Shown in pieces: positions 27,075 through 38,873 of a stretch of DNA of 64,000 nucleotides. The position numbers and the translations under genes are program-made. The stretch is from Neoechinorhynchus agilis (lineage: Eukaryota; Animalia; Acanthocephala): NCBI GenBank assembly GCA_051530055.1, contig CM121341.1, positions 15,726,784 through 15,790,783 on the forward strand, read 5' to 3'. The stretch's first letter is position 1; every line of letters starts with the position of its first letter. The notes under the pieces are model-generated. The model was given only the letters and a program-made list of their open reading frames with translations. It did not search any database and was not told where the DNA came from.

Positions 27075-27790
27075 GGAACGGAACTATTTTTCACGTGATC
27101 GGTCGGGTAAGAATGCTGGTAAATTAGAGTGCTGAAGTGGATTGTTCGGCACACAAGTGAGCCAAAGGCTGAGATCGCCATTACGGTCGCGCTCAGAACA
27201 CCAAAATCTCCCAAAGTGAACGGGGAGTGAAGCTTGACGAGTTGAAAAGTTCAAGATTCCGGTCATTATGTGGCGGATCCCTGAGTTGAAAGTGGCGAGG
27301 ATATCGGTTTAGAAGCGCAGCGAAGAAGGATATTCACTTTCGGTAGGGCAAAACAGTGTCGAAGGATGATAAAGTAGGCGCAGTGCTTCGCCAATTTTAG
27401 CAGCTTCTCCGCTACTTCACTGAGTTGATTTACCGCCGATCTTACTAAATTATCGAGGTTGGATTTGCCGCAGAGGGAGGTGCACAGAGTAGATTTACCG
27501 AGATCAAATCGCATATTTTCGTTTTTTGGGACAACATTTCGAGGATCTAGCGCATTGTTTAACCGTTTTTTGTGAAGATCTCGCATTTTTGATTGGCAAG
27601 GCTCGCCTATGCAGAAGTCGTCAAGATACCAAATAATCAGCGGCGATGAAAGGCTGTGGCTTAGCTCATCAATATAAAGTGCGAACAGAAGGCCGAGTGG
27701 ATCGTGTGTTGAACACCCTGTCGAGAGGCCGCCAAATATCAAAAATCTGTCATAACACATCGCGAAGAAAGGAAACAAAACTTTAGCTTA
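27075..27790 (-). mobile_element. CRE-type RT fragment, internally deleted near-copy of 34440-35170
   Basis: HDPLG..LFALYI...WYLDD; very similar to 34640-35170 in inverted orientation. Confidence 0.8.
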
Positions 27791-28169
27791 AAACTATGAC
27801 AAACGCAACGCAGGGATCGGGCATACTGTGGCTACTCTTAAAACTGAGATCTAGAGAAATTCCATTTGTTATCTTCTCATCTAAAATCAGAATTGCGGGT
27901 TTTGAATTTCGATTTAGCTAAGCTATTTTAAGACCCTTATTGTGATTTTTCCAACAGATTTGGTTTATCAGCACGAATCATTTTAGTTGGTGTTATGGGC
28001 AAATTTACTCTTAAAGTCATAAATTGAGCACCTTAACTTGTAAGCAGTGAGTTGGTTGAAATTGTGTCATTTTTATTTTATGAATCCAAAGCAATTGTCG
28101 CGTATCGGCGAACATTTTTAATATTGCTTAAATCGATGGAGTAGGGGAAGCATCGTCATTTCTCTTTTA

Positions 28170-30430
28170 AAAGCAACGTCGATCACATGGGCGCGTTCGA
28201 CAAAGTTAAAAGTCTAGGGATACGAGCGTATCCATGGTGGACACAGTGTGTGATCAAGAAACGCCGGGGTTTACGTATTTCGAATACTTACTTTCAAAAA
28301 GATCCAAGACACCTGCGCACATACTCGAGCGGTGGAAGGTCAAGTAAAATCGATTTTATTTTGTATCCCATAGCGAAGTGGGGCGAAGTCTGGAATGTCA
28401 AGACCATATTAGGCGAAGAGTGTGCGATGCAACATAGAGTACTCGTGGCCGACCTCAGGATTAGATTCAAAGGCAAGCGGCAGACACCGAGCATCTCACG
28501 AAAAATCAAGTGATGGAAGCTAAAAGATCCTATCCTCAAAGAAAAGATGAGGATTGTACTCACCCAGAAACTAAGCGAGAACGTGGGCGAAGTAGAAACC
28601 TGGTGGGATGAGACGGCCGAAGTTATCATCCGGGAAGCCAAAATCGTCTTGGGAAGGACGTCGGGGTAACCTCCACCTCCGAACAAAGAGGCATTTTGGT
28701 GGAATCAAACGGTCAAGGACGCCATCAGTCAAAAAAGAGCAGCGAAGAAATATTAGATTTCGATTCTTCAACTAATAATAAAGATGCGTACAAAGACGCA
28801 AAAAGGAAGGCTGCCCGAGAATGCGCCAAAGCAAAGAGGGAAGCCGATCAAGAACTATATGACCAGCTGGAGAGAGATAATGGGAGGAATATTATCTTCA
28901 AGTTGGCCAAAATCCGGGACAAAAGGTCAAGGGACATCGTACGACACAAAATGATCAACGACAGTGTGGGTAGGATGCTCGATCAAAACAACGATATTTT
29001 GAACAGATGGAAGTACTTCGGATCCCTCCTGAACACAGAGAGTAAAAAATTGCCTATTGAATAAATACAGCCGAATATCAATATGGCTAAACCGTATTCA
29101 TACGATGACGTCGCATCGCAGATCAGAAAGATGAAGATTGGTAAGAGTGCCGGTCCAGATAATATCCCGATTAGGTTATGGAAATGTTTGGACGCATTCG
29201 GAGTCAAACTGCTTACTAAACTTTTTCGAAAGATAGATGCAAAGCAAACGATTCCGTCAGCATGGCAAAGAAGCATAATTGTGCCGATTTTTAAGGGTAA
29301 AGGAAATATTCTGCAGTGTAGCAATTATCGTGGCATCAAGCTGATGTCCCACACAATGAATTTGTGGGAGTGAATGGTTGACAATAGGATTAGGGAGGAG
29401 ATCCAAATCAGTGAATACCAACGCGGCTTTATGCCAGGTAGAAGCACAATCGACGCGATCGAAAAATTTAATGAGAAGCATCGCCCGTTGCATAGTGTCT
29501 TCATCGACCTGGAGAAAGCATATGACACCGTGCCCCGAGACCTGATTTGGGCCTGTTTGAGGAAGAGAAACTGTCCAGAGCATTTTGTGATCACAATCAA
29601 AACGATGTATGAAAAGTGTTACACCAGCGTGGAATGTCAAATAGGAAGGACAGATTATTTCCAGGTGTCCATTGGTCTACATCAAGGTTCAGTGCTTAGC
29701 CCATTCTTGTTCGCGACAGTCATCGATGCCCTAGGAAATGCAGAGATGAACGCGCCCTGGACGATATTATTTGCAGATGATCTGCTGCTCACGGCGAAGG
29801 ACTCGGTGACACTCGAGAAAATGTTGGAGAGTTGGCGACAGTGCTTAGAAAGCAACGGCCTGAAAATTAGCAGGAGCAAAACGATATGGGACCAGGCGAA
29901 GTAGGCATGCAGGAAGTTAACGCAGAAAAGAGGAACAACTTCAAATATCTGGGTAGCCTGCTAAGCATGTCCTGTGAACATGCACCAGAGATGGGACAAA
30001 GGGTTCAATACGAGTGGAATAACTGGAAAAGAGTTACGGACATCCTGTGCGATAAACGTCTCCTGAATAAGCTCAAAGGGCGAGTGTACAAAGCAGTGGT
30101 AAGACCTGCAATGGTATACGCAGCGGAGACTTGGGCTACAAAAAAGGAGGACGTACAGAGATTGATTGTGAATGAAATGAGGATGCTGAGATGGTTAGTT
30201 GGAACAGCACGCAGGGATAGTGCAGGAAATGATAGCCAAAAGAAGAATGCGATGGTTCCATCATGCCGAACAACGAGCGGAAGACGATTGGATAAAGAGC
30301 GCCGACGAGGAAGGTCGAAAAAAAGATGGATAGATAGTGTGATGGAGGACCTAAGACGATCGGATGAAGTTTGATTTTTGAGGACAAGCTGGTAAAGCGA
30401 CCTCTCTAGTGTGAGAGAAAGCTATAAGAA
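28170..30430 (+). mobile_element. RTE-clade LINE (APE-RT), decayed
   Basis: NTYFQK, IDFIL, QHRVLVAD, NYRGIKLMSH, FIDLEKAYD, GLHQGSVLSPFLF, LFADD, RGRSKKRWID. Confidence 0.92.
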
Positions 30431-30434
30431 GCGT

Positions 30435-30645
30435 GTGTTCATCATTTACTTTTTTATAGCGAATTATAATAATTGATTTATTTTTATTTGATAATTTTCG
30501 GTCTTCGCGCAAGTCTTCTCCAGTCTATTGTTTGCAAGTGCTTACGACGTCAGATCGTGGCAAACAATAGACTGAAGATGGCTTGCGCGAAGGCCGAAAA
30601 TTATCAAATAAAAATAAATCAACTATTATAATTCGCTATAAAAAG
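30435..30645. mobile_element. Inverted pLTR fold-back family F1 with hammerhead-like core
   Basis: ATAGCGAATTATAATAATTG... inverted; CTGAAGA-N-GGC(C)T..AGGCC-GAAA-ATT..AATAAA. Confidence 0.7.
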
Positions 30646-31254
30646 ATATGAATGTGTGGAACGTTTCTGGAATGTAACAAACGTCACAAAAATGCGAAGA
30701 AATTAAATGACAAAGGTTATTCTTATCATAATTTCAAACTGAGCGGTCCTGGAGAAAAGCTTCCTAGAAATAAGACGACGGCCACGTTGAAAGAATTTAA
30801 AACAACACCTGCTTGTTGTTTGCAATCCGCTGCGATCTGTTAAGCATGAAAAATACACAAAATCGTTCCTGGGTGCTTGGTAATGAGATCATTAAGCGGA
30901 ATTCCGAAAATGTAGATTGGAGGGAGGTTCATGGGAGAACTTTCATTCGTCGCCGGTTTTGAGCAGAATCATTCTTTTAGAGAAAATAAAAACACCGCAT
31001 GTGAGCGATTGCGGTTAAAAAACCTCTTGAAAATTTGATGGTACAACGCTCAATTTTAAAGAGGGATACGTGTTAACATTGACTGTACTAACTGTTCTTA
31101 AAAATATCAATTGAATATTTCACTTGTTAATTTTGCATTTAGAATGGCGTCCTTGTATTTTTGAACAAGCAAATAACACATTTAGCCCTTTCACATTTCA
31201 GAAAAATGGTTTCATTTATCTTAAGGACTAGTCAGAGGTACATTCATCATGTCA

Positions 31255-31486
31255 AAGTTCGTCTACCTACGATGGAAGATTACGAAAGGGCAGTGAGTAA
31301 AGAAATCACGAATAGATGGTAAGTGTCCGTTTTTTATGTGTCCAATGAAGATTTTTTGATCAGGAAAAATGCAAGAGCGGCATATACTCCAAATTTGATT
31401 TCCCCAGCGATTAATGAAAGGGAAAAAGCATTCTGTACGTGGAACACCAAGGAACACATCAGAATCCTGTATCAAAACGACCCAGG
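31255..31486 (+). CDS. Exons of an unidentified spliced gene
   Basis: MEDYERAVSKEITNRW | KNARAAYTP...ILYQNDP joined by a GTAAG..CAG intron; no family recognised. Confidence 0.3.
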
Positions 31487-33323
31487 TAATCTTGGTGGAA
31501 TTTTTGTAAATCTGAGAAACCGCATGAAAAAAAATCGATCTTTAACCGTAAACTTCAATAACCGCGCTTTGTGCAAATTATACCCTTTAGATTTATAGAA
31601 TTCATTTTTTTACATTATATTTTTCTCTTCAAACTGGAAAAATATCACAGACTTTATAACAATGCATGTAATCTGAAATCATGAGGAAACTGGTTTTCGA
31701 ATTCTTCGCAAAGGAAAGCTCCTTAATCTATAAATTTATTTGATCGATTTTAATGAGCATTTCTGCTTGCTTAAATTTGAACTCGATTGTAGAATCAAAG
31801 AATTTTTTGAAGAAATGCTTCAGAATAACCAATTTTGGTAAGTTTGCGTAGGCCAAAATTAATTTATGAGTCTCAGTTTTCAATTATCTCAAAGTAGCAT
31901 TTTGCTTTAATTGGTATTTTAATATTTCTTCACTTTTCCATGTGAAATCACACCGAAGTTGGTTTCGTCTTCTTCACCAAAAAGGAAATGCATTCGTAGA
32001 TATCAATGAACATTTTCATGCTTTAGAAAACTCGATCGCTCTATTTTATAAAATAGAAAGGCGTGTTTAAAATTTTAGTACTCGAATTTCGCAAAATTCC
32101 AATGTCGTGAGTTTTGATGGTTCAAAAAATAAAGTAGCGATTTCTGCTGACTTTGTGGTCGGTTGATTTTTAGACCAATGGACTATCGATGCGCTTTCGG
32201 ATTCATTTCATTTAAGTAAAGGTAAACGATCATTATTCACCTGATTGCGAAGAAACTCTTATTAGGAAAGATAAAACGAATTCTAACGAGCAAATGGCGT
32301 CCACAGTCTTTAGCCGATTTAACGGAGCATGACCTTGAGGCAGGAACTGGAAACTTTACGTGGCAATGCACTCCAAAGGTTTCAGAGACCGATAGATCTC
32401 ATCCGAATTATCTCTCAACCAAGAGACAATTGCTAGTTAGCTTGAAATTAATCCGAAAATAAAAAGACCTATGATTTTGTCGGCAACGCGAACTGAAACG
32501 CCGGACACTAAAAATCAACCGACATTGTCTTCATTCGATTCTTCAATGGATTTTTTTCTGTGGATGATTTTGAACACTAATTTTTAAGGAAGAAGAAAAA
32601 GTATACCACTAAGTCAAACGACTTTTTCCAACTCCTGGTCCCATCCATGCAAAAAAAGTGTAAAAAATATTGAATCAGAGTTCGAATCAATAAACTCGAG
32701 AATTCCACTTCCGATGTTTCTTTCGAGAAGCGTTACTTAACACAAATAACGTTCGAGTTCTTTCATGTATTTAACGAATGACGTAGGCATTGGTCGAACT
32801 GAGGAATTCTTTCGCGTTTCCGAACGTAACGGTCGATGTAATTCAACTGCCGGGTATTTTTGCATTTATTTTTTAAAAGGTTTCTCCTTGTTTGATATTT
32901 TTAGCTTGGATGGTTTCATCGGTATTCCATTGTATTTTACGCAAATTGGTTATGGGAGCATTCATTAGCAATCAACCATGTCGATGACGTTTTAGAGGTC
33001 TCGAAACCTTTTATATGTTCAAATGCATATTGTTCATTTGTGATAGCATCTGAAGTGTACGCGGGCTTTTTTGAAAGGGAATTTTGTCAAATTGGATTGA
33101 AGTAACAGCGAATCATTTCTTGAGAATTCGCCGCTTTTCTTTGCGCAATCAAAATTGAATGATGAGTCATTATTTCAAATCTATCTTTTCCTAGAATGTC
33201 TTGCCTTTTCAATGGTCGTTTCTTTTTTCTGTGAACTAACCATATTAAAATCGGTTCTTTCTAAAAAAATGTAATTCAAAGGTACTGCTTTCTCGAGCAC
33301 TATTAAAAAAATTTTCAGAATCA

Positions 33324-34040
33324 ATGAACAGTGAACAGGACTCTGATACGTCTTCTACTCTTATTGATGTTGCACTAAAGAAGTGCTTTGAAAAAGTTTC
33401 TGATACTCTAAAAGATTCATTAATCGAAGCGATGATCACAGTCAAAGATGTCTTAACGGAGGCTATTCAGCGAGAAAAGGAAGCTCTAAAAAGTGAAAAA
33501 TTGGTCGAAACCAAGAAACGTAAAGAGAATAAATCTGACGGTTCAAAGAGGCAGACGACGCTTTCAAAAGGAGAATCAAAGAAGCTGCGTAAAATTTTAC
33601 AGAAATCTGGTAGTGAAACGGCCACAAAAGAGAATGCGGTTTTGGTAGAGGCAAACAAAATGTCAAATTCAAATGAACATTTACTGGAAACGAGTGTTGT
33701 TCAAAAGACTTCGAATTCTTCGACGATTATTAGAGACCTGGTGCCACCTTCAGAGGATATTGAATCTGGAGTACTTAATGATTTTAAAATTATTGTAGAG
33801 GAGTATGACATTAAGACGTTGATTAAAGGTAGCGACAGGAAAAGCGAAAGCGATGCACCTCCAGAAGCTACTACGAAAACTAAAGTTAAGCAAATGGTAT
33901 CAGAAACGTAAGAACGAGTTTTTCTATCGCAAATTCCTAAAATATATTAATTTAGATCTGAACGAGCAGGAAGAAGAGCGAAAGGGGGAGCAAAGAACTA
34001 TAAGGAAATGAGCATAAGCAAGAAAATGCGACGTCAATGA
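33324..34040 (+). CDS. Shugoshin-like protein (C-terminal basic motif)
   Basis: 195-aa ORF spliced (AC|GTAAG..TTTAG|A) to RRAKGGAKNYKEMSISKKMRRQ*, which resembles the SGO C-box YKEPSLxxKMRR. Confidence 0.55.
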
Positions 34041-34439
34041 ACGTAGTTTTTATGTTCTAGTTACGTTCACTAACATTGAGTTGTGTTCGAGTCGATAAAG
34101 ACGTTTTTAAGGTGAAAGATCAACATGGTTTCATTTCGGTACCGTATTTATCCATTGTGAGTTTAGGGTATTTCTCAATTTTTCAATAAGATCAACTCGT
34201 TTTTATCGAGTGTACATATCTAAAATTCTCTTATTATTGACAATTTGGTGATCATATTACCCCGCATAAAAAATATTTTGGAAATTTAGCGGGGAATCCT
34301 CATCTGTCATCTAGAAGATTTTAGTTGTATTGTATGGCTCATGTTCATCGGATCGCCCGAGGTTCGCGGATATAGCAAGCCACCGTATGTCCAATCCCTG
34401 CGTTGCGTTTCTCGTTAATTCTTAAGATGTCGATGGCCG

Positions 34440-35720
34440 ATAGTTTTAAGCTAAAGTTTTGTTTTCTTCCATTGTGCAGGACACAGCGATATGTAAGGCC
34501 TCAAGTAGAAGGCGTTTTCTAAGTGCTGTAAGGTTTTTTGCTGAACTTGGTCCTGAGGGTCGTTCCGCCATAGTGAACCTAGACTTCGCGAATGCCCTCA
34601 ATTCTATCAACCGCCATTCAGTTATCAGTTGCATTGAAAAGGTGTTCTCGAGTTTATTACCATTCTTCGCGATGTGTTATGACGGATTTTTGATATTTGG
34701 CGGCCTCTCGACAGGGTGTTCAACACAATTATTCTACTTGGCCTTCTTCGGTTCGCACTTTATATCGATGAGCTAAGCTGACGACTTCTGCATAGGCGAG
34801 CCTTGCCAACGAAAAATGCGAGATCTTCACAAAAGACGTTTAAACAATGCCCATGCTAAAATTGGCGAAGCACTGCGCCTACTTTATCATCTTCGACACT
34901 GTTTTGCCCTACCGAAAGTGAATATCCTTCTTCGCTGCGCTTCCAAACCGAAATCCTCGCCACTTTCAACTCAGGGATCCGTCACATAATGACCGGAATC
35001 TTGAACTTTTCGACTCGTCAAGCTTCACTCCCTGTTCACTTTGAGAGATTTTGGTGTTGTGAGCGCGACCGTAATGGCGATCTCGGCCTTTGGCTCACTT
35101 GTGTGCCGAACAATCCACTTCAGCGCTCTAATTTACTAGCATTCTTACCCGACCGATCAGGAAATAACGACTAATCTTACCGAATCACACTAGAAAATTG
35201 GAGTAAGGAACCCGAACTGCCTATCCCAATGAATACATCAATACAAAAACGTTGGTCAGACTTTTTGTTTGAGAAGGAATTCCGAAACCTCCTTGGTTCT
35301 AGGGCCGATCCCAAAGAACAAGCACATCTGCTCGCGATCGCAACCAAATAGTCCGGTGGTTTTCTTAACGCCGTACCAATGCCGTCGTTTGGTACTGAAA
35401 TGGACGACCGTTCCTTTGGCTTCAGCAGACGGACAAGACATTAAACCACGGGATCGATGGCCCCAAAACGATGACCGGGTACAATCGCCACAGGATCGCA
35501 AATGCTCTAATACTGGCAACCTCAGTTTTTGGCCGAGATGACGGGAAAAGATTTTACGGACCATCAACATTTCCGTTGGAAAGAAGCTTTTTCCTTGGGA
35601 CACGAAGGGCTACTTGTCCCTTGAAGTTTCAGGAGCCGGTGGAGTGGCGAAAACGTACAGAAAAAGGGACAAATACAAATGCATCGATCCTCCGCATAAC
35701 ATTTTCAAACCTCTCTCGTA
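34440..35720 (+). mobile_element. CRE-type non-LTR retrotransposon remnant (RT to RLE)
   Basis: VNLDFANALNSINR, RQASLPV.F, VPMPSFGT, RPSTFPLERSFFLG. Confidence 0.8.
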
Positions 35721-36254
35721 AATGAGAATATTAGTGCCGTCGGACCAAGCACCGCAACAACAAAGAAGCCGTTGCAGCCAACTTTTTTATCAGAAAATCA
35801 GTTGTGTGTCTATCCTCGATGCGATTTATGATAAAGATGTTTCTCCCTTCCCATCGGTTGGAGCAATCTAGCGGTTATGCTATTAATTTTTATAACTTGA
35901 TGTTTTTGGTCCCAGCTTCGATTGCATGAAATTTAGCAAATAGCGCTTTTTAAAAGTAGTATTGGCGTCTTAGGTAGATTCCTATTTTTGTTCTTTAAAT
36001 TCACAAAACTCAAGTAGTTAGATATTTGCCTTTCGCTCATGACATAATGGCATCAAAAATTAGAGTCTAATATACAATTTGAAGTTTGTTTTCTACTTAA
36101 CATTTCTTACATTTTACTCTCAATGTCGCTTATTTTCTTTCCATATTTCACAACATACAGCAGCACGCGAAAAAAACACTTGAAAGTGAGAAATCGTATC
36201 ATTTTTATAAAAGACCGTTCCGAATTCGAATTGCTATTGTCTTATTTTTAGAGT

Positions 36255-36837
36255 ATGTCAAGCTTCATTAACGACAAAATTCGTAGTCCCAATAAAACAG
36301 ATAAGCTATATCTCGATCAATCCTACAGACAATGCCCAGACGTTTTTCTCCCCAATTTCTATAGAGAACTTGGCAAGGCAATCTCATCTGCGGTTCGATC
36401 ATCACTTCAAGAAGTATTTTCATCGTTATCGAAAGACGATCAGGTCAAAGTGAAGAACCTTGTACATAAACCGGAATTTCGATCTATTCGTTATGGCACA
36501 TTTAAGATCATTATTCCCGTTGATAATGAACGGAGACCCGAGTGCAATTGAGGAGCCGGGAAACCTGGGAAAAGAGAATATAACAATGTTAGAGGATTTC
36601 AATGTCCTTAAGACAGTAAAGAGTACTCTTGGTTATCTGGACGATATTGTCCTTAACGATTATGTGAGTTGCACTGAAAACGTTGCGGGTGAAGTAAATG
36701 ATTTGGACGAGAGGAAATTGGACGATATAGTACACGAGTTTGTCAGCCAGCAAAAAGAAATTCAATATTTGATACACGATAACAAATGTAGGCGATTGGA
36801 ATTAACCAATTTGCGAAATCTGAATGGAAGGGTTTAA
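36255..36837 (+). CDS. Orphan gene; two overlapping ORFs joined if a 61-nt TA-bounded hairpin is removed
   Basis: 98-aa and 125-aa ORFs offset by 1 nt; hairpin between TA 36463-4 and TA 36524-5. Confidence 0.45.
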
Positions 36838-37233
36838 TCATAGGTTTATGTGAATTGAAAGTTAAATTTAGGACTTTAAAGAATGCGTCTCCGTTGTGGA
36901 TTAAATGCATACTATGAAATTAACGAAAAATAATACTTTTTCCCCTATATTTATTTTCGTTCTCGACTGATATCAAGGAAAATTCAAAAAGGCCACACAT
37001 ATAATTTCTACAATCTCATTGAAAGAAATAAAGAATAAAGCCTTGGCAAAGGGTTTATTAAATTTTTTAGCATTTGAGCTTTTCAGATAAAATGCAATAG
37101 TAACTGGAAATTTGGAATCGTCATTTTTTGAAGAAATAATTTTGGTTCGCTAGAGCGAATCCTAAAGATTTGATGAAACCAAATAGACAGTTTTAATTTG
37201 TCCGCAATGGAAAACATTTGAATAATAATAATT

Positions 37234-37391
37234 TAAATCGATGCGTGGCCTATTATGACACGGCTGTTACTTTTTGGGCACACAGCCCACCGACCTGGTT
37301 CTGAGTAGTAATTCAATTACTCTGAACCAGGTCGGTGGGCTGTGTGCCCAAAAAGTAACAGCCGTGTCATAATAGGCCACACATCGATATA
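37234..37391. mobile_element. TA-flanked MITE-like fold-back (family F6), ~70-bp near-perfect arms
   Basis: TA-A-ATCGATG.GTGGCCTATTATGACACGG... / ...CCGTGTCATAATAGGCCAC.CATCGAT-A-TA. Confidence 0.8.
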
Positions 37392-37454
37392 AATTACCGG
37401 CTGGCCAATCTTCACAAAATAATTTAAATGTTTTTTCTGGCAAGCCGCTTCTAT

Positions 37455-37950
37455 TGATTCAGATTTAGGACATCCCTTCCTCGGTTTTTTAGTTTTACTT
37501 CTTGGCATGATACCATACCAATATCTTACATCAGAAAGGTGATTGAATCACTTAGACTCATATGTATGTGGTAATGAGTTTGTACATCCCTCCGGATTCT
37601 CTGATACCTCTCGAGGAGTCGGAACTCATCAGCGAGTTTCCTCTCTTCAGCGGTATTTCGTTTCCTTTGATTATACGGCATCGGCGATCGTGGATTTGAA
37701 CCCATCCACCCTGAAACAAGGATTCAGGGCTCAAGTCCACTTGGCCTTCTCAGCGGGAGGAAACTCACTGATGATTCCCGCCTCCTAGAGGAATCTGACG
37801 ATCCGGTGGGACGTACAAACTCTTTACCGTATACATCAGAGTCTAAGGGATTCAATCATTTCCCTGATGTAAGATATCGGCGTGGCTTCATGCCAAGAAG
37901 GATAACTAGAAAAGCCGAGAAAGGGATGCCCGAATTCTGTATAATAATAA
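37455..37950. mobile_element. Two divergently oriented copies of the tRNA-derived SINE around one head
   Basis: Minus-strand A box (GGCCAAGTGG) and B box (GGTTCAAATCC); shared body GAGGAAACTCRCTGATGA..GTACAAACTC; (AAT)n-like tail at ~37941. Confidence 0.75.
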
Positions 37951-38129
37951 CACTTTTTATTGTCCAAAGTAGTAGACAATGTATCTTTGATGCATCGTGA
38001 ACACTCGAACCAAATGATCGATCAAATGAATGTGGCTGTTGATTTTTGAATGGATTGCGGGTCCGCTCGGGTGTAAAAGTTTGTTGATAATGGTGTAGGA
38101 TACTTTGCTAGGCTAAATTTTTCCTCCGG

Positions 38130-38345
38130 TATTGTTCAAAGTATAGGAATGTAAGTTGACGTTGTTTTCCGTTCTCTCCTCCGAATCAATTCGCATTTGG
38201 GGGATTGAGCAGTGGGGAAGAAAGATCGAAAGTAGAGATTTGTGCGAGGAATTGAAGGATGGAAAATGTTGGGGCGATGAATGCTGTAAGTGTGAGTAAA
38301 GGAGAAATATGGTAGGGAGGAAACCAAAATCATTTATTATACCGA
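38130..38345 (-). mobile_element. CR1/L2-group LINE extreme 3' fragment
   Basis: PSIPRTNLYFRSFFPTAQSPKCELIRRR, homologous to 63300-63385. Confidence 0.75.
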
Positions 38346-38873
38346 AATCTAAAGAGAAAGCACCATCGAACGACAATAGTTGAAGTGACGTCTTTGCAGA
38401 GACACTAGAAATCTCGATTTAAAACATAGAAATTATAACAGATGGTAGTATCGAGTCGGCGTGTAGAAAAGTATTGAGCGATTGAGACGTTTAATTTTTT
38501 ACCGTTTTAATATGTTGTAATCACTAGGAAGTTTGAGTTGGACGAATCGGTGATTGCTTGTTATGGCTTGCACAAAAGCTGAATATTGGCGTAATGAGAC
38601 TTTTAAATATGAAAACACAACGTCCCGTGTCCGGTGATTATTATTGCATTTTTTAATGATAGATAAAGCATTTGTACAATCACAAATTCTTACCTTTTTT
38701 GTACTGGTTTTAAAAACCACATATATATTTAAAATTCAAAACATACCATGCAAAGACAATCTGGAGATTGATCTCAATTGGTGTATATAGAAAACCCTTT
38801 CGAAATACGGGTTTGCTTGATGTGTAGAATTCCCGCTTTCCCTGAACGCTGCGAAACAAAATAGTCATCATAT

